From Takakia lepidozioides (lineage: Eukaryota; Plantae; Bryophyta): a stretch of DNA of 64,000 bases. The stretch is taken from NCBI GenBank assembly GCA_030704615.1, contig CM060732.1:18724001-18788000 (forward strand). The letters are read 5' to 3'. Of this stretch, positions 23,601 to 33,416 are shown in pieces. A program made the position numbers and the translations under genes. The stretch's first letter is position 1. The number at the start of each line of letters is the position of its first letter. The notes beneath the pieces are model-generated. The model had not been told where the DNA came from, ran no database searches, and saw nothing but the letters and a program-made list of their open reading frames with translations.

Positions 23601-26479
23601 TTGTTGGACTGGTCATTGTATGCTCAGGATCAACCATTACACTTAATTGAAAAGATCATGGAGATCCTGGCTTCAGATTGGGAATACGGACCTCCTGGTC
23701 TTAACATAAAGGCTATTACAAAAACAATTTGCGGGCAGCTCAAGTACCAACGAAATAAGCTGTTCAAAAATTACTATAGTGTGGGGCTGCCCAAACCCCA
23801 TCATGTGCCAGACAAGACATGGGCACAACTAGTTGTTAGTTGGGGTTCCACTGATTTCAAGAAATTTCAGGCAAATGGTGTCAAGGCGCGGGGATGTGTG
23901 AAGAATACATCTCGATCAGGTCGCAGTGGAATCAGCGGTGTTGTAGCACGACTGGTATACTTCTCTTACAACATAGGAAGTTCCCACATTGTTTTGCATT
24001 GACAAACTTTATGTGTTGGGTTTTTTTGGCTGGAGCTCAGAGTCTATTCCTATCACCATTGAATTAGTACACATTGCTACTACTTGGGGGCCTTCTCAGA
24101 GTTGGGCGCCAGCAAGAAACTAAGCACTCTTATTGAGGGGGAGTCATTGACGCTATCCTAGATAATTCTTTACTGTTGGCAGTGTGCTATGCTAGTCATT
24201 AACACTTGCAAGTTTGTTGCAATCACAGGAGAAGGAGACTGGACGTACACCAAGTTTGCAGGAGATCGCCGGTAGCGCCAGGAGTGACAAAGGCTACGGC
24301 TCGGGGTGTACAGGCAGTGCAGCCACAACGGTATATAAACTCAGTACCAATTCTGGTGTGAATTACATATTCGTGATTTCCATGCCATTGCTAGTTGCCG
24401 TTTGGTTCTGTTTTCTTACTAGTTCATCAGTCAGTGTAGTGAATTGTTACTTTGGAGGTGTTCTATGTGATGGGGCAGGGAATTGGTTCACTAGCAGCTC
24501 GCCTCGATGCTATGGAAAACAAACAAGTGCAGATGGAAGCCAGCTCCAAGGCAGCTTTGGAAGCAGTCCAAGGCCAACTGGAGGCAGCAGCTGCATTCAA
24601 CATTGCGCTCGCAGCTAAACTTGGCATGAATGTGCCAGATTCGGAACCTACAGGTCCACCATGCACCACCTTTGCGCCACACACAACAAATGAGACTATT
24701 TCTCATGTTATGGGCTCACCACTCAACCTGTTCAAGGCAGTTTCTTCACCGCCACCAAAGCCAAACACAATAGGCTCATTGTTTGGGCTTTCAGAAATGG
24801 AGGGGGATGATGACATGGAGGAGGTGAACTCAATCCATCCCCCCATATTGTTGAGGCAACTGCAAAGTGTTCATCCGTTTTGTTGTCCCCTACACCAGTA
24901 GCACTTCCGGCATATGTACTACCCTCTCAATATGCCTGTGAGGTCTCCATGAATTTGCAGAGTGCCCCACAGAAAGGTGTGTCTTTTGTACATGATAATC
25001 ATGTACAAGTTGTTGGTAATTGCCCTTCGGCAACTGAGAGGCAGAAACACATCCTTATACTTGACTTGAATGGATTGTTATGTGAGAGCAGACTACGAAC
25101 AAGGGAACACCTAGAGCCCACTGTCACCTCCAGACCTGGGTGTCAGGAGTTTCTGGACCGATGCCTTCAGATTTTTGATGTAGGTGTATGGTCTTCCATG
25201 TCATTGAGTAATGTCCTTCCAGTTGTGAAAGCATTGTTTCCTGGGAAGCAACCAAAGATGGTGCTTCACCAAGACTATTGTGACCAACCTGTGGGAATGG
25301 TGGACCCTCTCAATCCTTCTAAAACTGTCATGTACAAGAACTTATGTAAGTTTTGGAAGGACTACAGCCATTACAATCCAACCAATACTTTGCTGGTGGA
25401 CGATTCCCCACTCACTTGCTTACCCAACCCTGCAAATAATTGCATCTTCCCGTATCCATGGAAGTTGAGGGATCAGCCAAACTGCAAGAGGCTTATGAAA
25501 GAATTACTGCCTTGGTTAGAGGGTGTATCCAAGGCTGCACACATCCCTGAGTATGTGTCAGGGCACCCATACAGATATGGGCAGCCCAACTACTTGTTCA
25601 ATACTGCAGCCATGGGTAGTGGATCACAACAATCTGCAAAGGCATCCGAACCAGGGCTTCCTGCTGCCAGAGTTCCAACGACTTTGCCTCCCGATGCAAC
25701 AACAAAGCATAATCAAAGAAAGGTGAGAGCAAAAGATTCAATGCTTGGGCGCGTGGGTGGATTTGTATTGTTAATGCTACTTCACAATGTGTGTCATTCG
25801 TGCTATTCTCATTTTTTGATCATGTGTCATTCAATATGCAGATGGTGAAACCAGTGAAGCGTTCAATGGGCAGGGAAAGCACAATATGTGCTATCAATCA
25901 GACTACAACCACAGTGGATGTAACTGAACCATGGGGTGACCAACAAAATCCGCACAGTGTAAGTACTTCCTTTGTCCTCTTTTGTTTCCTTGTCTGATGC
26001 TGGATCAATACACCCCCTATGTATCGTTGTGTAGCTGCAAGATTGACAACCTACAAAGGTAGTTTTGTGACATGAGTATAGAGACAGGCAAATGCAATTC
26101 AGAATTGGAAGTACTGCAATAGGTAGGGTTGGGGTGTTTGCTGGAAGAACGAGGATGCATTTTGCAGGAGTGCCAAGCTGTCAGTCTCTGTTCTCCAGGG
26201 TTCATTTCTGATATAGGAATCTGGTTTTTGTTGCAGTTTCAGATCGGCGACAAGGTGTTATTGTTTGATCCTTGTGCACCAAAAAGAAGGGCAAGTGTGG
26301 GATATATTGCTGGATTTCCGAAAGCAAATGTGCCAGACAACTATTACCGTATCCATGTGAAATCGGTCATGATTTCAGAGGTTGTGTTGCCGTACCCGGA
26401 CTACTCTGTTACCCCTAATCATACCACATTGGGTGACACGCAGGGAAGTGCCACCTTATGGTCTGAAAAGTTTATTTAA
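20620..26479 (+). CDS. CACTA accessory (TnpA-like) multi-exon gene including an FCP1/NIF-type HAD phosphatase-like domain
   Basis: Probable exons ~20620-20752, 20887-21213, 22631-23954, 24229-24330, 24479-24823, 24961-25722, 25842-25958 and 26236-26479, with GT-AG boundaries read by eye. A Pro/Tyr-rich region precedes a Ptta/En-Spm-like segment (PHHVPDKTWAQLVVSW...KARGCVKNTSRSGRSG). HAD motifs ILILDLNGLL, RPGCQEFL, VGVWSS, KNL..FW and TLLVDDSP. Confidence 0.72.
21244..21960 (-). mobile_element. Non-LTR retrotransposon fragment (APE endonuclease C-terminus and linker) in an intron of the CACTA accessory gene
   Basis: WTREKSQTGERSIVDYIIMD...TSDQFLVW followed by WWTNEIKLKIAERRALYK, typical LINE endonuclease/linker motifs. 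Confidence 0.75.
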
Positions 26480-28259
26480 CACGCGTGATATTGAAGATGC
26501 TACAAGTTTAGTTTAGTTTTCTTTATGGATTGAAGGTTGCTGAGACAGGTGAACAAAACTGCTCTTCTGACATGAACAATATTTTTTGAATTGATGCTCT
26601 TGCTATTCTCATGTATGATCACAAGATCCCCTTGTTCAAAGGCAACTTCATTTTCCCACATCAAGCCAAATTAAACTTGTGTAGACATGAATGTGGTATT
26701 TTGCTGGTTGTTTGCTATATTTAATATTAATAACATTACTACTGGTCAATGTGGTTCATAATACAATTATTATCCATGTTTTAAATAAGCTTTTGTTTAA
26801 ATGAAACAAAACAAATCAAAATTCTAAAACAATAATATATTACATATTAAATCAAGCAGCCAATGGCTTTTGGGGTGCTATCCCATTTATTATATAATAA
26901 TAATAATATGACTATTCATTTTGGCATTTGTCAACAAATAATAATTGTTTACTTTTCATCCAATAGGAACAAAACAGTGGATGTGACAGTATTCACACTA
27001 GTGTCATTGCGATCACACCACGACTTGAACCTGGTGTTAAATCTGTGTGAGAGAGTCCGTAAGAAGAGCCCTTAATATCTATTATTTATTTAATAATTCT
27101 GATGGACTCTATTACGTGGCATTCCCTTTGACATACATGTGGCAAACATGGTGGCGCCGAGGTGTAATAAGTACCGTAGAAAGACCATTAAGAGTACTTA
27201 GTCAAAATAGTAGTTGAACTAACCAGTCAAAACGACCGTCAAAATATCCGTCAAAAGAGCCACCTAAGCCTACTGCCACATCAGGTGCAAGTTTGGTGTG
27301 AGATGGTTTTTTTCACAGGACCAAGAAAGTTCACATGTGGTGCAAAGGACTAGGTTAACCTAACACCAAGGGGGGGTGCGAACTTGCGCTTTTTTCACAC
27401 CAAAATGTGTGAGAAGAGCCGTTAAAAAAACCAGTTTCTGTACTAGTGATGGTGACACCTGGAGTTGTCTTGTTAGACAACCAGGATGGCATTTTTCTCT
27501 TTGAGTGGACCGGCAGGCAAGAAGTACCAGCCACTGCGGGTCTTGTTGGACTCGGGAGCTCAGCCACTGATGTTGGGCAGAGCTGCTATGGCAGGTTTGG
27601 GCCTCATGGAGGCGGATATGGAGCCTTGTCCTTTCCAGATACAGACATCTCTGGGAGGATCAGAGCAGGCTCGGGGCATGACACGGCGTGAGTTGGCCAT
27701 TGGACTACAACCAGATCATCCTGTAGATGGCTCAGTGATGCGAGCCAAGGCCATTGTGACAGACGCGGTCTCTTACGATGTCCTTGTTGGTGGGGCAGTG
27801 TTATATCCCATGGGCTTCACCCTGGACTTTTGGGAGGAGTCAGCATCCTACAGGCCTGGATGGCAGTCAGGGGATAGTCGTCGTGCACAGCTCCCTGTGA
27901 CATTCATTGGGGGTATTGTGGTTGCCCAGCGGGGCAAGATGCCAACACTAGCCGCCTTTACAGCTGCAGTTAGTTGGCCTGGAGAGTTGCTGGAAGGCAA
28001 TGCCCATGCAGAGGATGAGCCACCTCCAGCAGAGCAGGATGACATGCATGGTACGGCGGAGTTGCTTGTCATGGTTGCTCACACTCCATTATGGGGTACG
28101 AGCAAGGATTTGCAGCAGGCTGCTGATGGACGGGTACAACAAGCCTGAGTAGAGGCCTTCGTACCGTCAGGAGAAGAGGAGAGTGCGGTGATTGCACCAG
28201 GACCACCTCAGTTGTCGCCATTGGACACCACACCTCTTGTGTGGCAGTGCCCGGATGAA

Positions 28260-29230
28260 GGCATATGCCTTCTGGACTTGTTTGGCGGGATCAGCACTGG
28301 ATTGGCTGCAATACTGCAGGCAGGTGTACGAGTTCGACGTTACCTGTATGTGGAGAGGGATGAGACTGCACGACGCGTCTCACTATGCCATGTTGCTCAG
28401 TTGGTACAACAGTACCCTGATTTGTTGCCAGTGTCTGCAGTTCGTGGATACCAACAAGCATTGCCAGCAGACATTTCGTTGCTGGGGGCGCAGGATTTGG
28501 AGCAGGTTGGCTCCATTGATCTGGTAGTGGCAGGTTGGCCCTGCCAAGGGCATTCATCAGCCGGGCATGACAATGGATTGCGAGACTCGAGGACGGGTCT
28601 GTTTTGGGAGATGGTGCGGATTTTGCGCCACTTGCAGCTTCATCAAGCTGTATCTCCAGCATACATCTTGGAGAATGTGCCACTGATGGGTGATTCTCGG
28701 GCCAGGGTCATGGCCAGTGTGCATCAAGTCCGGTCGTGGCTTGGGTCAGCAGTGTTGCTGGATGCAGCTGCAGTGGGGTCACGGGCTCATCATCCACGGC
28801 TATGGTGGACTAACTTGATGCCACCCGCACTGCTCAAGCGTGCATTTGATGGGGTGCAGCGGCCAGCACACCTCACAGTGGATAGCATTTTGAACACAGG
28901 GAGACAGTCTCAACGTATGAGACACGATGATCGTTCGCCTTTGGCAGTGGTCAACAGGGTGGGTCAACCACGAGCAGCATTACCTACACTGCTCAGTTTC
29001 CCAGGATCCCATGCTTTTCGGGATGGTGGACCTGGCCTCTTGTGGGATAGCCAGTTGCAACAATTAGTGGAGCCCAATGCTGACGAGCGCGAGCGGGCGA
29101 TGGGTTTTACCACAGGTACCACGGCGGTGCCATCTCTTTCTGAGGCATCACGTCATCAGGTGTTGGGGCAAGCAATGGATCTCAATTGCTTGACCTGGAT
29201 TATCAGCTTGGCTATGGCTGAGCAGCGCAG
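28260..29230 (+). CDS. DNMT3-like C5 cytosine DNA methyltransferase domain within element B pol (uninterrupted reading frame)
   Basis: Motifs in canonical I-X order: LDLFGGIS (I), YVERD (II), AGWPCQGHS (IV, catalytic PC), YILENV (VI), AHHPRLWWTN (VIII), ERERAMGF (IX), RHQVLGQAM (X). Confidence 0.95.
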
Positions 29231-32200
29231 AGTACGGAGTACACTTCCCTTCATGGTCTCCCTGCCTACCGAGACGGTACAGACAACGAGTGGGGGCGAG
29301 CAGGTGAGGACCACGAGGTGCAGGCCGCATCCATGGCACACGTGGGAGGTGCTTGAGGTTCAGAAGGAGTTGGCAGCGAAGGCGGCGGTGATGGATCAGG
29401 TTGGGGATTTTTCTCGGATTGAGGAGGTCCTCAAGGGTGGGATAATGGGGCAGGATGAGACATTGTCACTGACAGAGGAGGCAGTGGTCACTGCTCAAGA
29501 GGTTGCAGCATAGCAATCACGGGACGCGTCTTCTACCTCTAAGCTTGCTGGACTCAAGGTTGCAGTCACGGAGGACAACTGGGAGCCTGATGTTGGACCT
29601 ATAGTCACCGGAGGAGAGAGACGACATATACGGCAGTTCTTGAGGGCTTACAGGAACTGCTTTGCTTTCAGTTTGAAGGACTTAGGAGCACTGAAGGGTC
29701 AAGAGATTCGCATTGAATTGACTACTGACACGCCAATCTTTCGGAGACCCTATAGATACAGTGACATGGAGAGGTCCTTGATTCAGATGAGAACTCAGGA
29801 CCTTTGGGAGGCTGGTTTGGTGGAGCTATCTGGGGGAGAGTGATGCCAGCCACAGTGATGCCTGCCAAGAAGGATGTCTATGGCAATTGGACGGAGAGAC
29901 GTATGTGCGGTGATTACCGGCCTATAAATTGTCAGACCAAGTCCGATAGGTATGCCATGCCGACACCAGAGGAGATCTTTGATGCCATTGGGCATGCCAA
30001 GGTCTTTAGCACGTTGGATTTACGATCCGGATATCACCAGTTGCCGATCAAGGAGGCGGATAAGCAAAAGACGGCATTCTGGGGGATCAATGAGCACGGG
30101 AATGATTGCCTATACCAGTGGCGGTTCTTACCATTTGGGCTTAAAAATGCTCTTGCTGAGTTTCAAAGAGTCATGGACAGGATTCTAGCAGGGGTGGAGT
30201 TTGCTCGGTGCTACATAGATGACATCATCATCTTTAGTGCTACGGTGGAGGAGCATGAGGGGGTATTTGAGCGCTTGAGGGCACACGGATTGAAGTTACA
30301 TCCGGGAAAGTGCAAGTTTTTCCACAACCAGATTGAGTATCTGGGTCACATGATATATCCTGGAGGATTGGGGGTACAGCAGACTAAGGTAGAGTCCATT
30401 GCACAGGTTCCACGCCCAACGGACGTGAGCCGAGTTCCAGCTTTCATGGGGTTAGCAAACTATTATAGACGGTTTGTTAAGGGACTTAGTGCCATTGCAA
30501 AGGCTCTAACCAAGCTGACCAAGGTGGACCAGGAGTGGCAGTGGGAAGATGAGCAAGAACAAGCTTTTCAAGAGCTCAAGGCGAGGTTGACCTCGGCGCC
30601 CATCTTGAGACGGCTTATTAGGGGGCGTCCTTTTCAGCTGCATACAGATTGGAGCATGCTGGGGCTTGGAGCGGTGCTCATACAGGTGGATGATGAGGGA
30701 AGAGAGTTCGTAGTGGCTTATGCTAGCCGCTCGAACAACGTTGCAGAGTCTAAGTATAGCTCATATGAGGGAGAATGCTTAGCTGTAGTGTGGGCCGTGG
30801 CACACTTCAGGTGCTATCTATACAACAATCTCTTCACCCTTGTCACGGATCACCAACCACTCAAATGGTTGATGGAGTCAGACAAGCTTATGGGGAAGCT
30901 TGCACGGTGGGCACTCATCCTTCAAGAATATGACTTTCAGGTTGTGCATCGACCGGGTTTGGTCAATCGCAATGCAGATGGGTTGAGTCGCAATCCATGC
31001 ACGAGCCAGCAGGATGACACTGGAGCTCGGTGGCATGGTGAGACGGACGAGGAGATGGTGCCCGGATGGCATGCATCTGCATTTCTGTGTATCTTGGCAG
31101 CGGAAGGCCAGGTTGGACCTGCAACAGGGATGACTGTAGATCAAGTGTCTGAGGACCCTGAGGCCAGCAATGAGCAAGGTGGCGCCAAAGATATACATGA
31201 GGATTCAGTTGTGTTGGACTACCTCCGCACTAGAGACACTGCAGCCACTGTGACTGCCAAGGAGAGGGATCGGATCCTACAACGAGCCAAGAGGTTCAAG
31301 TGGGAGGGGACACACCTGCTCCGAGTGTGGGAGGATGGTCGAGTGAGGATTGTGCCTCACCCAACACAGCGGGCACGGTTAGTGCGGCATGCCCATGAGG
31401 AGTTGGGGCATTTTGGGGTGCGACGCACTCATAGTCTACTGCAAGGGCAGTATTGGTGGCGTGGTATGCACATAGAGGTGCAACAACTTGTGGCTAGGTG
31501 CATGGTGTGTGACAGGGTGCGTGCTTCATTCAACGCCCCTACTCCACAATTGCACCCACTTCCGATCATGGGATTGGGCTACAAGTGAAGTCTTGACTTC
31601 GCAGGGCCGTTGCCACTGACCATGTACCACAACAAGTACGTGTTGGTGATAGTGGAGCACTTCTCCAAGTTGATTGAGTTGGTTCCATTGCCTGATAAGG
31701 CTAGTGAGGGAGCTGCGTATGCATTCTTGGATTGTGTGCTTAGCCGATTCAGTGCTCCAGCTGAGGTACTCACGGACCAAGGGAGAGAGTTCTTGGGGGA
31801 GTTTCAGGCTTTGTGTGACAAGGCCTTGATAGACCACCGCACCACTTCTCGGGATCATCCTGAGGCCGATGGCTTGGCAGAGAGAGTTGTTCAGATAGTA
31901 AAGAGGGGTTTGCGCAAGTATGGCTTGCAGAAGGGACACCTAGGAGATTGGGACCTTCAGTTACCCTGGTTAGCCATGGGCTACAGGTTCAGCAAGCAAA
32001 CATCACTTGCCTCCTTCTCACCATATTTTCTTCTTTTTGGCCGAGAGCCGGATTTGCCTACATCCATTCGCAGGGAAGCTGCTACAGTTCTTAACCTTGA
32101 CGATCCGGACGTGTGGGCACGTGCATGTGAGCAGCGTGCAGAGTTGTTCAAGAAAGTCATGCCCATGGCTTTCGAGAACCTTGCCATTGCACAACACCGT

Positions 32201-32491
32201 GATACGTTGAGGTATGCTACCATATGTGGTGGGGGCTATCGTCCTGGGGTTCGGAGATTCAACCCTGGTGACTATGTCTATCTGCAGCAGACTACTCCTA
32301 CGACCTTGGATGTGACTGCATGACGTGTTATTTTGAGGGTTCGAGAGGTCTTGCCCTCAGGCGTCTTGGTCTTGGAGGGTCGGGATGGCATAACTTGGAA
32401 GAACCATGTGCGTAATTGTGCGCCATGTCACCTTCCGAATGTCGATGGCAGGATTGACCCAAACCTGGCAGTGGTATCTGCAAGTTTGAGG

Positions 32492-32626
32492 TGCATGTTG
32501 TGTGGGTCTGCTAAAGGGGCAGCCACCATGCTGGTGTGTGATCGATGCTCTAGAGGTTGGCATATGGGATGCTTGACTCCACCTCTTGAGATGGTTCCGG
32601 ATGGGGATTGGTTATGTCCACAATGC
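32492..32626 (+). CDS. PHD finger at the C-terminus of element B integrase
   Basis: CMLC-x11-CDRC-x4-HMGCLTPPL..VPDGDWLCPQC, a Cys4-His-Cys3 pattern with the conserved Trp. Confidence 0.95.
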
Positions 32627-32895
32627 ATTGGATAGTGGGAGTGGATACAACCATGGGAGGCTAACAAGAAATGCAAGGCCAAGCTACTAGGAGACCTTGA
32701 ACACACGAGATCCTGGCTCAAGTTCACAGATTGCAAGACGGCGACTAACGATGGGGCTACTCTTGTACCCGGCCTCTTGATCTACAGAGTTTGAGTACAA
32801 CAGGGCCAGTGATAGAGGACTTAGTACGGCTGTGGCTATTACATCTTGTAGCTATCTGGAGTTAGAGGGACCTATCCACCAGCTAGGGGGGCGAT

Positions 32896-33412
32896 TGTGG
32901 TAGACTACTTTATTGTGCATCTATGTGTGGTGTGGTTTGGACAGCGATGTAGTTGTGTAGCGATATGTATGCGCACGACAGCTGTCAAGTTAAATAAACA
33001 CAGTGTGAAACTAACTAGAATAAAACTAGTTATTTGTATTTAACACTTGGATTTAGTTCAAGTGGTGTCAAGTTTGAGCTTGACACCTGAACCATCTTAT
33101 CTTCACGAGAGCGTCAGTCGCGCAGCTCATCTCTCTCGAGTTGAGCCTGCGCGACCGAGCTCCTTCATGCTTAGAATCTGAGTGTGCTTATGTAGGGGTA
33201 TAGGTTGTTGTGGGGTGGAGTCCCCATAGCTTGGGGTGCCCCTAGCTCGACTATTATCTTAAAGAGTGATGTTGAGGGATTTCATGTTTCTTGGGTGAAC
33301 AGTGTGTTCTTTAGCTATTTTATCTATTGTGGCAGACTACTTTATTGTGCATCTATGTGTGGTGTGGTTTGGACGGCGATGTAGTTGTGTAGCGATATGT
33401 ATGCGCACGACA
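32896..33412 (+). repeat. Element B right end: B1 (32896-32980), GC, A2 (32983-33326), B2 (33328-33412)
   Basis: B1 and B2 both read TGTGG.AGACTACTTTATTGTGCATC...GCGCACGACA. A2 matches 9162-9513. Confidence 0.95.
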
Positions 33413-33416
33413 CCAT

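Larger units (their letters stand above)
13773..27448. mobile_element. CACTA (En/Spm) DNA transposon, 13.7 kb
   Basis: ~28-bp imperfect TIRs: CACTACTACAGAAACCGGTTTTTCCAAC versus the reverse complement of the right end, CACTAGTACAGAAACTGGTTTTTTTAAC. 3-bp TSD ATG (13770-13772 / 27449-27451). Internal TnpD-like transposase. Confidence 0.97.
27452..32635 (+). pseudogene. Element B pol: protease, C5 DNA methyltransferase, RT, RNase H, integrase, PHD finger (a few stops and one frameshift)
   Basis: PR RVLLDSGA. RT RMCGDYR, TLDLRSGYHQL, LPFGLKNA, YIDD. RH LHTDWS, EGECLA, TDH, ADGLSR. IN HAHEELGH...CMVC, SLDF, LTDQG, DGLAER, FNPGDYVYL. Stops at 28146, 29511, 31586 and 32321; frameshift near 29840. 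Confidence 0.96.
9162..33412 (+). mobile_element. Ty3/gypsy retrotransposon B with split direct repeats, encoding a DNA methyltransferase and PHD finger (~10.6 kb without the CACTA insert), nested in element A
   Basis: A1 9162-9513 matches A2 32983-~33326; B1 32896-32980 matches B2 33328-33412. PPT AGCTAGGGGGGCGAT at 32881-32895. Termini TGTC...GACA. 4-bp flanks TCAT/CCAT (one C/T difference). Removing B restores element A's reading frame (EAF-[P/S]-LMSEGSS). Confidence 0.94.

Noticed and set aside
28188-29513. Host or bacterial restriction-modification methyltransferase gene
   Set aside because: It is intronless, in frame within pol and present at the same position in two elements, with no partner nuclease. 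The context is eukaryotic.
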